NCBI RefSeq assembly: GCF_006345805.1
Contig: NC_043014.1
Location: 15,314,001-15,378,000, forward strand
DNA: 64,000 bases
Source: Octopus sinensis
Taxonomy: Eukaryota
Direction: 5' to 3'
The notes under the pieces are model-generated. The model saw only the letters and a program-made list of their open reading frames with translations. It did not search any database and was not told where the DNA came from. Within the stretch, counting starts at the first letter, position 1. Every line of letters begins with the position of its first letter. Both the position numbers and the translations under genes were made by a program. Positions 37,905 through 50,420 of this stretch are shown in pieces.

Positions 37905-39704
37905 GTTTGGAATGTGAACATTCGGTGAAAATGTAATATATAAAAAACTCCGATCCGTTTTGGGACAAGTTAAGGACGGAACTAAAGAGAATAAGAGAAA
38001 AAGTAAGACAGAGGGAATTGCGATAGAGAAGAGTAAGAGTGAGAGTGAGAAATATAGACAGAGTAGGAAGGAACGTATGAAATATACATGATAGAAAGAG
38101 AGAGAGAGAGTAATGGAAGGAAGGGGTGATAGAAAGAAAGAGAGAGAAGTGTAAGGACGGCGTGATAGAAAGACAGACAGAGAGAGGGGGGGAAAGCGAG
38201 AGACAGACGTGAATGTCAGCTGACAGTCGGGACAGGCGAGAGTTTTGTTTGCTTAGTGTTGCTGCTGCTGCTGCTGTTGTTGATGTTGTTGTTGTTGTTG
38301 TTTGTCGTCGTCGTCGAGATTGTTGTTGTTGTTGCTGTAGGAAACAGCGGTTAGTGTATGGTTACGTCATAGCCACGACATGTACTGACAGTGAACAAAG
38401 TCACACATACACATACACATCATACACGCACGCGCGCACACACACACACACGTACACATACACACACATCATTGTAACCTACGCTAGCTATATCACATAC
38501 ATAACACAGGCGCACTCACACTCTCACACAAACACACACACACACACATACCAATATATTGACACGCGCACACACGATTGTACCCACGCTATAATTCTCA
38601 CACACACATATACACAGCTTAACTTACACACACACACACCATATAGTTTTAACACACACACACACACGTCTACATATACATACATACATAGTATCCACGC
38701 TAATTCTCTCTTTTTCTCTTCCTCTCTTTCACACACGTTCTTACACAACTATAACTCACTTTCTCTCTTTCTCTCCTCCTCTCTCTCTCTTTCCTCACAC
38801 ATAAATACATACATAATATACACACGTTTTCACCGATAACTTACACATACATACACTGTCTCAATCTTACGCATAGAAAAGAAAGAAGGAAATATCTCAC
38901 GCACCACACTCTATCTCTTTCTTTCTCTCTCTTTACACCCCCTCCCCGCACACATACACACACTTTTTCTCTCATACAAACTATTTATTTTACACGTTTG
39001 TACCCACAAAATTACTTCATAATACTACAACAGACTTCTTTTACATACAACCACAACGTACCGAACCCGCCACATACACACACAGACGCTCGTAGCGATT
39101 CACGCATCGCACACATAGAAACATCGACACATACGCATACATACACACACACACACACACGTAAGAACACGGATACACATATACAGACGCACTCACACAC
39201 ACACACACACATATTAACTGATACAAAAAAGTACAGACAGTCTACGTCATAGCAACGGATGACATTACAAACACATACATATTTGCACCAACGCATCAAC
39301 TTATGTACACACGAAGCAGTAGATGTATATATATATATATACTCAGAAAGACGTGTGTGTGTGTGTGTGTGCGCGTGTGTATACACACATACATGTATAC
39401 GTTCACACATACATACATACATACATACTTATATATTCTTTTACTCGTTTCAGTCATTTCACTGCGGCCATGCTGGAGCACCGCCTTTAGTCGAGCAAAT
39501 TGACTCCAGGACTTCTTTGTACGCCTAGTACTTATCCTATCGGTCACTTTTGTCGAAGCGCTAATTTAGGGGGGGGGGCTGTAAACACACCAGCATCGGT
39601 TGTTAAGCAATGTTGGGGGGACACACACGCGTACATATATATATATAATATAAATAATATATATATATGCACATATACATACGTATAAGTACATACATCT
39701 ATAC

Positions 39705-39777
<73 letters not shown>

Positions 39778-40324
39778 TAATAAATAAAACATATGCATAT
39801 ATATATACATATATGTACGTACCAACCTCTACATGTATATATACACGCATATATGAGTACAGGACACCAAAAAAAAGTCGAACACAAAGAGAAACGAAAA
39901 CATAGACACAAACCCAGGAACTGGACATTTTTCTTAAACAACAAAAAAATAGAGTACAGGACAAGGAAAAAACCCCTTCTTCAGTCGCCATGGTTTCATC
40001 TACTCTACGTTTCGAAGGTGAAGGCGAGACGTATCTTCGAAAGAAACTTTCCTTTCTGCGTATATATATATACGACGGGCTTCTTTCAGTTTCCGTCTAC
40101 CAAATCCGCTGACAAGGCTTTTGTCGGCCCGAGGCTATAGTAGAAGACACCCAGTTTCTGGCTGCCAGATCCAGTCACAAGGATTGGCTCGGCCCGTAGC
40201 TATAGTTAGAGACACTTGCCCAAGATGCCGCGCAGTTGGGGTTGGACTCGGAACCATGTGGTTGGGAACCAAACTTATCACACAGCCATGTGTGTGTGTA
40301 CACGCGTGTGTATGCACGTATGAT

Positions 40325-40693
40325 GAACACGGCTGTGTGGTAAGTAGTTTGCTAACCAACCACATGGTTCCGGGTTCAGTCCCACTGCGTGGCACCTTGG
40401 GCAAGTATCTTCTGCTATAACCCCGGGCCAACCAAAGCCTTGTGAGTGGATTTGGTCGACGGAAACTGAAAAATGCCTGTCGTATATATGTATATCTATA
40501 TATGTGTGTATGTGTGAGTGTTTGTGTGTGTTTGTCCCTCTAGCATTGCTTGACAACCGATGCTGGTGTGTTTACGTCCCCGTCACCTAGCAGTTCGGCA
40601 AAAGAGACCGATAGAATAAGTACTGGGCTTACAAAAGTATAAGTCCTGGGGTCGATTTGCTTGACTAAAAGGCTGTGCTCCAGCATGGCCGCA
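40325..40693 (+). mobile_element. SINE family A near-full copy, back-to-back with a minus copy at 40060-40290
   Basis: ggctgtgtggtaagtag..ccagcatggccgca. Confidence 0.92.
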
Positions 40694-40830
40694 TGCACCA
40701 AATAGCAGTTGCTAGAAAGCCTTCATGAAGTGAAACCAAGTAGCAACACCAAATGGCGGTGCCCCAGCATGGCCACAGCTCATAAGCTGAAACTGGAAAA
40801 ATCAAAATCAAAATCAAAAATCAAAATCAA
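40694..40830 (+). mobile_element. Probable LINE 3' end with (AAAATC)n tail sharing the SINE A 3' motif
   Basis: ggcggtgccccagcatggccacag..tgaaac then aaaatc repeats. Confidence 0.5.
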
Positions 40831-40850
40831 TATATATATATATATATATA

Positions 40851-41029
40851 TACCGGAGTAAGCACATAAATGTGGAACAAGGTGGGAAAAAGAGTACTCA
40901 AATACCAGAGGTAGAGCAATATGCTTTATTTAAAAGCAGCAGAAATATAACAAAAGCTGTTATCAAAACTGTCCGACGACGGGAACGCGAAACTCTGAGT
41001 AACAGCTTTTGTTATATTTCTGCTGCTTT

Positions 41030-41118
<89 letters not shown>

Positions 41119-41394
41119 CTTTATTTAAAGCAGCAGAAAATTCAACCAAACCTGTTACTCTGAGTTTCCCGTTGCCGTTCGTCGGACAGTTTTTGCTAGA
41201 AAAACTGTCCGACGAACGGCAACGGGAAACTCAGAGTAACAGGTTTTGTTGAATTTTCCGCTGCTTTAAATAAAGCATATTACTCTACCACCTTGTTTCA
41301 CATTAAATAAAGCATATTACTCTACCACCTTGTTTCACATTAAATAAAGCATATTACTCTACCACCTTGTTTCACATTTATGTTTACTCCGGTA
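40851..41394. mobile_element. Nested palindromic cassette with three hammerhead-like motifs (Penelope pLTR-like)
   Basis: Terminal IR taccggagtaagcacataaatgtggaacaaggtgg / ccaccttgtttcacatttatgtttactccggta; motifs at 40969-41005(+), 41152-41189(-), 41205-41242(+); 76-bp arms 41119-41194 and 41200-41275; 3x37-bp tandem 41267-41377. Confidence 0.8.
41205..41242 (+). ncRNA. Type I hammerhead-like motif, family H2
   Basis: CTGT-CCGACGA-ACGGCAACGG-GAAACTC-A-GAGTA-ACAG: stem I CTGT/ACAG, stem III ACTC/GAGT, GUA triplet. Confidence 0.6.
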
Positions 41395-41409
41395 TGTATA
41401 TATATACAC

Positions 41410-41999
41410 ACACACACACACACATATATATACGTACATGCGGGCAGAGACAGAGAGAGAAAGAAAGAGAGACATAACTATACACATATATAGCAAATGT
41501 TGATACAGACATGGACATATGTACATACATTAACTTCCACATGATACACGCACACACAGACACTCTACGTAACAACACTAACACGCTTGCACACATACAC
41601 TGACAGATGTTTCATTGCTGTAATTAAAGTGACACATAGCGACACATATTCACAGCCACACACGCACCTACGGGCGCACCCTCGCACACAAACACACACA
41701 CACACCACACACACACACATATATATACGTACATGCGGGCAGAGACAGAGAGAGAAAGAAAGAGAGACATAACTATACACATATATAGCAAATGTTGATA
41801 CAGACATGGACATATGTACATACATTAACTTCCACATGATACACGCACACACAGACACTCTACGTAACAACACTAACACGCTTGCACACATACACTGACA
41901 GATGTTTCATTGCTGTAATTAAAGTGACACATAGCGACACATATTCACAGCCACACACGCACCTACGGGCGCACCCTCGCACACAAACACACACACACA
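41410..41999. repeat. 295-bp tandem duplication (2 copies)
   Basis: cgtacatgcggg at 41433 and 41728; the ORF track shows identical peptides 295 bp apart. Confidence 0.92.
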
Positions 42000-42412
42000 C
42001 ACACACATACATAATACATACATACATACATACATACATACATACATACATACACGTAATAATACTGAAACAAACTTTTACGGAATATTGCATACATATA
42101 AAGGCGGCGAGCTGGCAGAACCGTTAGCACGCCGGTCGAAATGTTTACCGGTATTTCGTCCATCTTTCGGTTCTGAGTTCAAATTCTGCCGAGGTCGACT
42201 TTCCTTTTCAACCTTTCACGGTCGATGTAAACGACTTAACTCCTCCCCCGAAATTGCTGGCCTTGTGTCAAAATTTGAAGCCAATATTTATACACACTAG
42301 TATACCACACAAGTATATATATATATGCAACCGAAGCCGCGATCGCAGGTTGCACCCGGGCGTCGGGCCGAAAAACGGCGTGCGGCAGCTGCCACGTCTT
42401 CGCTGAAAGAGG

Positions 42413-42785
42413 CGCAGGAGTGGCTGTGTGGTAAGTAGTTTGCTAACCAACCACATGGTTCCGAGTTCATTTCCACTGCGTGGCACCTTGGGCAAGTGTC
42501 TTCTACTATAGCCTCGGGCCGACCAGAGCCTTGTGAATGGATTTGATAGACAGAAACTGAAAGAAGCCCGTCGTGTATGTATGTATGTGTGTATGTGTGT
42601 ATGTGTGTGTGTTGATAATTGATGGTGGTGAATTTACGTCCCCGTAACTTAGCGGTTCGGCAATAGAGACCGATAGAATAAGTACTAGGCTTCCAAAGAA
42701 TAAGTCCTGGGGTCGATTTGCTCGACTAAAAGGCGGTGCTCCAGCATGGCCGCAGTCAAATGATTGAAACGAGTAAAAGAGTACA
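42413..42785 (+). mobile_element. SINE family A, full-length
   Basis: gcgcaggagtggctgtgtgg ... gaaacgagtaaaaga. Confidence 0.95.
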
Positions 42786-42849
42786 GCGTATATACATATT
42801 CGTTTGTTTCTGTCATTTGACAGACAGACAGACAGACAGACAGAGAGAC

Positions 42850-42929
<80 letters not shown>

Positions 42930-42930
42930 G

Positions 42931-43018
<88 letters not shown>
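42850..43018. repeat. (GATA)n microsatellite
   Basis: Direct inspection. Confidence 0.97.
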
Positions 43019-43019
<1 letters not shown>

Positions 43020-43234
43020 ACAGCACGGAATTTTATCAGTGAACACTTCGCGGTTTCAAAGCGACGAAAATATTTTGACAAATTGAATTTAAGTGTTGAA
43101 GTGAATCTAAGGGTTTTTATGTGTTTTTAAATGGTTTATAAACACCTTTCACGCTGCAATTGTTTATGTTTCAACACACGATCTCAGATCAGGTCATTTG
43201 CTATGCAAGTACATCTCCGCAATACACACACACA

Positions 43235-43633
43235 TCTTTATATATAAAAGAGAGGTTGCGTGTCTGTCTCCTACGATTTAGATTCCTAACTACTCCCACA
43301 TTTTGCGGTGCAGTTTAACCAAAACCGGGTATCTTATAGTCGTGATTCATATCGAGCCCTTCTGGGTATTAGCGCGCGTCTACGATGAGTCTACGATTTA
43401 AAAAAAAATTTACCATCATTTTTTTCCATTTTAATGCATTTTTTCGCTATTATATAAGGGAAGTAACTCTCTAAAAATGTCTACGATGAGTCAACGATGT
43501 TTAAAAAAATTTACCATCATTTTTTTTCCCAATTTAGTGCATTTTTTTGCTATTTTTTTGGCTATAACTTTCTAAAAATGCTTATATAGTTATTTCCCTT
43601 AGAAACCCGAGCAACGCCGGGCGATACTGCCAG
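43235..43633 (+). mobile_element. Non-autonomous Helitron
   Basis: A|TCTTTATATATAA start; 3' hairpin cccgagcaacgccggg plus atactgCCAG|T; internal ~100-bp tandem duplication. Confidence 0.8.
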
Positions 43634-43981
43634 TATATATATAAAACAAGAGCACTCAGAGAGCGCAAACCTCCGCCAAAGCAACAGCAACGATTTGTCG
43701 GAGATTATTTTTAAATGAGAATATCTGAAATAGACTCGACTGCTCTCACAATACGAAAAATGAATCCGACCGCTCTCAAATATTAAGTAAAAAAAAACCG
43801 GAAAAATAATCTAGATTCCTTATCCGGTACCTGATTGATCCCAATGGTAGTCATGAAATGTGAAGGTGGGTGTCTAGGCCGTGTTTGTAATGCTGTGTGT
43901 AGGTATCGTCTGCACTGAGAACAGCGAGAGTTTCCCCTACGAAGGCCTTTGTTAGTCTATCCACTGATATAGTGTCTTTAA

Positions 43982-44363
43982 GTGGAGGCGCAATGGCCCA
44001 GTGGTTAGGGCAGCGGACTCGCGGTCGTAGGATCGCAGTTTCGATTCCCAGACCGGGCGTTGTGAGTGTTTATTGAGCGAAAACACCTAAAGCTCCACGA
44101 GGCTCCGGCAGGGGATGGTGGTGATCCCTGCTGTACTCTTTCACAACTTTCTCTCACTCTTTCTTCCTGTTTCTGTCGTACCTGTATTTCAAAGGGCCGG
44201 CCTTGTCACTCTCTGTGTCACGCTGAATATCCCCGAGAACTACGTTGAGGGTACACGTGTCTGTGGAATGCTCAGCCACTTACACGTTAATTTCACGAGC
44301 AGGCTGTTCCGTTGGTCGGATCAACCGGAACCCTCCTCGTCGTAACCGACGGAGTGCTTCCAC
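43982..44363 (+). mobile_element. SINE family C, full-length with TSD
   Basis: 12-bp TSD atagtgtcttta at 43969-43980 and 44364-44375; A box tggcccagtgg, B box gtttcgattcc. Confidence 0.95.
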
Positions 44364-45176
44364 ATAGTGTCTTTACGACCATTAAGGTCTGTAGTGAAAA
44401 ATGTATCCGAGCTTGAAAGAAAACGGGAAGGACCTGAATACAGTGGTGTTAACGGAGGTTTAACAACATCGTTGCGCACGAAAACGTGAGTCAAAGAAGT
44501 AAAGCTTCCTTCAAGGCAGGGCTAGAAAATGCAATTGTCAAGTAGGTAAGAGGTTTTAAACAGTAGCAATATATTCAAAATTGGTAAAGCTAAAAATTGT
44601 CGAGGATAAATTAAATTTATTATTGTTACTGAATATGTTAGTTTTATTTAATTTCTGAATGGTTTTGCTGCCTTTGTTTATGTAGTTTGATTTCTTTATC
44701 CATCAATTTCTACTAAGATAGAGACGTGAGTAAAATTAGTAATAGGGAAACGAAAATAAAACTTTGGAAACAGCAACGCCGCCATAACTTACGTGGAGAC
44801 CATGAGCGTGCTTTCAAGGGAGATAATCAGAGAAAGACTTGGAAGTAAACGTAAGATCGCAATACGTCAAGTAAAGTAAAGTAAATACAACAAATAATCC
44901 AGAATCCTTGTCCGGAACCGGATCGAACCCAAAATCTAATCAGTAATGGGGCCAAACATCCCTGAAAGTTTCATCCGAATCCATCCAGCAGTTCTTGAGA
45001 TATCTTGTCTACGGTGTCATTCATTCACCATTACACGTGTTTCATTTGTGAATGGGAAGGACAAAGTTTTACATGTTAAAGAGACATGTAAGGAATTCCC
45101 TATTAGAAATTCATTTGATAGACGAATGAACGATATCCCAACTTAAATTTACCCTTACTAACTACACTAAACATAC

Positions 45177-45230
<54 letters not shown>

Positions 45231-45254
45231 TGTGTTTCAAAAGTTGAACATAAG

Positions 45255-45620
45255 TGTGTGGCTGTGTGGTAAGAAACTTGCCAACCACATGGTTCTGAGT
45301 TCAGTCCCACATCGTGGCAACTTGAGAAAATATCTTCTACTATAGCTTCTAGCCGAACAAAGCCTTGTTAGTGGATTTGGTAGGCGGAAACTGTAAGAAG
45401 GCCGTCGTATGTGTGTGCCTTTGTGTCCGTGTCTGTCCACCACCATTTGACAACTGGTACTGGTTTGTTTACACCTTCGTAAGGTAGCAGTTCGGCAAAA
45501 GAAATTGATAGAATAAATTTGAGGCTTTAAAAAATGGACTGGGGTCAATTCATTCGACTACCAATTTCTCAAGGTGGTGGCCCAGCATGGCTGCAGTCTA
45601 ATGACTGAAACAAGTAGAAC
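45255..45620 (+). mobile_element. SINE family A, diverged
   Basis: Colinear with family A. Confidence 0.85.
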
Positions 45621-45921
45621 AAAAATGTACGACAAAGGGCGAACGGAAAACATACGCAAGACATGGACATACACGTCCTCGTCAGTTATCGTCCAAACAA
45701 AATCATTACAATTTCATACTTTTAACGATAATATTGTTCCTTTTTCATGGCTTCATCATTGAATAGACACTGGGAATAATGAATGACACACATACATACA
45801 CCGCTACGTGACTCAAGAGCGGAGAGGTTCGTGGTTTGTACATTCCTGAGAGCCATGGACAAAACTCACGAATCTTGAGTCACTTGCCCTATTAAAAATA
45901 TGAAAATCAGTACACACACAT

Positions 45922-45962
<41 letters not shown>

Positions 45963-46055
45963 CTGGGTATGGCTTTAAGCAGCATCTGGTAGAGAAGCTG
46001 TGGTTCAAAAGTTCCAGGGTTTTGAAGAGTGTGGTACCATCTCGTAGCCATTATT

Positions 46056-46266
46056 GTTCTTGATGTAGTAGCATCTGTTATGGTCCCAACAATTAGTTAA
46101 CTAGCATGTGAACCACTGAGAACGAAGGGCCCCTAGTTCTCGTTAGATCTTCCTTTTAAGAGAAGGTAAACTCTTATAAAAACAGTACTTGAAGTGCACT
46201 TGTTTCCTAGTCGTCTCAGCCTCTGTTGTTCCACTGGTTTATTAGACGATTGCATTGAGAAGTGGG
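46056..46266. repeat. ~210-bp segment repeated inverted at 47070-47279
   Basis: About 16 differences counted by eye. Confidence 0.9.
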
Positions 46267-46479
46267 TTCAGTGGTGTACGACTCTTTATCCACTCAAAAC
46301 GAATTCACAGGAACTTCTTGGATTCTCGAAACATATTCATGAACGTACCGAGTTTAGGAAGTACTCTTACTCGGTCACGACTTGACTCCCACCATGTGCG
46401 CGCGCGTACAGAGAGGAAGACAGACAAATAGAGATAGATAGAGAGACATTCAGACAGTCAGGCAGATAGATAGATAGAC

Positions 46480-46552
<73 letters not shown>

Positions 46553-46693
46553 TATTTCTTTATTGCCCACAAGGGGCTAAACATAGAGGAGACAGACAAA
46601 GGGATTAAGTCAATTACATATGCCCCAGTGCGTAACTAGTACTTAATTTATCGACCCCGGAAGGATGAAAGCCAAAGTCGACCTCGGCGGAAT

Positions 46694-46781
<88 letters not shown>

Positions 46782-46975
46782 CAGAGAGAGAGGGGGGAGA
46801 GAGAGGTACAGAGAAAGACAGAAAGTGAGAGTGCGGGTTGTTATGAACGAAGTTTCTTGGATCGATTTTAAAACTTGTTAACCTCGCTGTCATATAATGC
46901 AATAATGCGGTGATTGATTTTTTGGAAATCTATCATATAGCAAACGACACTATTGGTCACAAATTGTGGCATATA

Positions 46976-47032
<57 letters not shown>

Positions 47033-47289
47033 CTTTTATCTTTTACTTGTTTCAGTCATTAGACTGCGGCCCACTTCTCAACGCAATCGTCTATAAACCA
47101 GTGGCCCAACAGAGGCTGAGACGACCAGGAAACAACTGCACTCAGGTACTGTTTTCATAAGAGTTTACCTTCTCTTAGAAGGAAGATCTAACGAGAACTA
47201 GGGGCCCCTTCGTTCTCAGTGGTTCATACGCAAGTTAACTAATTGTTGGGGCCATAACAGATGCTACTACATCAGGAACCACCTTGAAG

Positions 47290-47606
47290 AATCGACCCCA
47301 GTACTTATATTCTTTAAGCCTGGTACTTATTCTAACGATCTCTTTTGCCGAACCGCTAAATTACGTAGACGTAGACACAACAACACTGGTAGTCGTGTGG
47401 TGACGGTGGTGGAGACAGGGACAATCACAGACACAAAGACAAATGGAAATATATACATATATGTATGCAATGGGCTCCTTTCAGTTTCCGTCAACTAAAT
47501 CTATTCACAAGGCTTTGGTCAGCCTGAGGTTATATAGTAGAAGACACATGCTTAAGATGCCGTGCAATGGGACTAAACCCGCAATGGTAGAAAGTAAGAT
47601 TATTAC

Positions 47607-47637
<31 letters not shown>

Positions 47638-48120
47638 TGTATGTGTATGTATGTATGTATGTATGTATGTATGTATGTATATATATATATGCAGGAGTGG
47701 CTGTGTGTGGTAAGAAGCTTGCTAACCAGCCACATGGTTCCAGGTTCAGTTCCACTGCGTGGCACCTTGGGCAAGTGTCTTCTACTATAGCCTCGGGCCA
47801 ACCAGAGCCTTGTGAGTGGATTTGGTAGACGGAAACTGAAAGAAGCCCTTCGTATATGTATGTATGTATGTGTGTGTATGTCCCAACATCGCTTGACATC
47901 GATGCTGGTATGTTTACGTCCCCGTAACCTAGCGGTTCAGCATAAGAGACCGATAGCCCGAGGCTATAATAGAAGATACTTGCCCAAGGTGCCACGCAAA
48001 GGGACTGAATCCGGAACCATGTCGTTGGAAAGCACGCTACGTATTACACAACCACATATATATTTCGTTTGCATGTTCCAGTCAGTAGGCTACGGTCATG
48101 CTGGAGCACCGGCTTAAAGG
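47290..48120. mobile_element. Cluster of nested, opposed SINE A pieces around a (TATG)n tract
   Basis: Minus piece 47290-47600, plus piece 47690-47960, minus piece 47955-48060. Confidence 0.85.
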
Positions 48121-49013
48121 ACCTAGTCTTAGTACTTAGTTCTTCGTTTTAAGTTGGGTACTTACTCGATCGGCTCCTTTCAGCGGAGTTACTTAATTGC
48201 GGGAACGTAAACGAATCAATAACGGTCGTAGAGAGAATGAAAAGCGCGTGCACGCACACACACGACGCCCTTCCAAACACTTTGGTCGAAAGTAGATCAA
48301 CCAGGAAATTGAATAAACATAGTCGTACCTATGTCCGTGTATTTGCGCATGCGCACCCAGACTCACACACACACATGTGCACACAGTAGGTAACAAAACA
48401 CTTGTACACCAAAGAGTAAATAATAAAATAAATGCGCCCTTTTAAAGCCTAGCCAGGTTCATGGACCCGGTTTCTATGGCATATGTGTTCCCCCTAGCTG
48501 GATAGGACGCCAGTCCATCGCAGCGTTACTCATTTTTGCCAGCTGAGTGGACTGGAGCAACGTGAAATGAAGTGGTTTGCTCAAGAACACAACGCGTCGC
48601 CCGGTCCAGGAATACGAAACCACAATCTTACGATCACGGTGCTGACACCCTAACCACTAAGCCACGCACCTCCAAACACCAAAGAGTACATCATATTTAC
48701 TATTAGCAATGCATTTTTTTTTTCATCGGTGTTAAACAAATGTTTGTATAAATTATGAATTTTATGGTGCTACGACCTGAGTTAATATGGCGAAAGAATA
48801 AACAGAAAAAGTCAACTTCCGATACATGACATAAAAAATAAATTTGCGTGAACCTTATCTCTTAGCAAGTCTAATAAGTCTTCTAATAAGTATTGTTCAG
48901 ACAATACTATTTCTCATAAACTACTGTAAAAACCGGACTCCTTCTATGAAATGCAGTATAGGCTTATCAGTTATATATGGGTGTTGAGTATAAAACATCC
49001 TGGAACGAAACAA

Positions 49014-49500
49014 GACAAGACTTCCGCTCGTCCCCCCCCAAAAAAAAACACTTTCTAAAAAAATTTTTTTTTTCCGACACATACCCCCGCCTTTTCGGCT
49101 ACGAGGATTACAAATCTGCAAAAAAATTGGCAAAAATCGACATTTCTAAATTACCACCTCCCACCCCCATTTCCTTCATTTTAAACTTTTTTCACAATTT
49201 CTTTTTCTTCAAAATATGCGGAAAAATACGGAGATTATGATTCTGAGAAAAAAATTTCCAAAAATCTTAGTAAAATTTACTTTTAAGAAATTTTTTTTTA
49301 TAAATATGCGGAAAAATACTGACATCATGATTCGGACAAAAGTTTCAAAACATTTCTGTACTTACGGTTACAGTTTTAGGGTTAGGGTTTTAGGGTTAGT
49401 GTTGGGGAAAAAGTCAAAATTGAAGAAGTTGGGGGGGGGGGTCACAATGCCGATTTTTGGCAATTTTCCGGAACCTCCGTATCCGAAAACGGGGATTTTT
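49014..49500 (-). mobile_element. Truncated copy of the 19179-19627 MITE family
   Basis: Reverse-complement similarity; ttagggttagggttttagggtt internal repeat. Confidence 0.75.
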
Positions 49501-49784
49501 GAACAAAAACAATATCTTTTCAATCTCAGTCACAGATTTTTTAATAAATTTTTTTTTAGCTAAACAGTTTGAAACTTCGGATTTTGGTTGAATGTGTCAC
49601 GTAGAACACGGTTTACTCATAATGTTTTTGACAAGATTTTGCATTTTAGAAGTTATTTCGTGTTAAAGTTGTCGTATTTGGGTAATTTTAACCAATCAAT
49701 GACGTGTATTCAGCTGAAGAAAGTTATTGCTGTTTGCGGAAGTAATGGAAGAGCAACAACTTCTGGGTCATCGGGTCATGAAAG

Positions 49785-49839
<55 letters not shown>

Positions 49840-50286
49840 GGGAGAAAAGTATAAAAGATAAGAAAGGTGGGTGAGAAAAACAAAAAGTTCTTTGGTGGGG
49901 TATGCGTGCGTGTGTATTTTTTTCCATTTTATCCAATGTGTCCTCACGTTTATATAATGTTAGCGTGTAACAGTGAGAGAGATTTGGCTATTATTTCCAA
50001 CAGGTCAAGCAACTATACAGGTTATCACTTTTTTTCACATACAAATACATACACATACACAGACAGTTTCCGTGTACTAAATCCACTCACAAGGCTTTGG
50101 TCGGCCTGAGGCTGTAGTACAAGTCACTTGCCACTGGGTGTGTGGTAAGTAGCGTGTTTACCAGCCACATGCTTCCGGGTTCAGTCTCACTGCGTAGCAC
50201 CTTGGGCAAGTGTCTTCTGCTGTAGCCTCGGGCCGACCAAAGCCTTTTGAGTGGATATGGTAGACGGAAACTGAAAGAAGCCGTCG

Positions 50287-50322
<36 letters not shown>

Positions 50323-50384
50323 TGTATGTATACATACATATAAATATATACATACATACATACATACACACATACATACATACA

Positions 50385-50420
<36 letters not shown>

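Noticed and set aside
40000-40050. Additional hammerhead-like motif (CTTTCGA...GAAACGTA, minus)
   Set aside because: Core and stems too degenerate to support.
41267-41377. 3x37-bp direct repeats as a CRISPR array
   Set aside because: No spacers, eukaryotic context, and the unit is part of the pLTR-like cassette.
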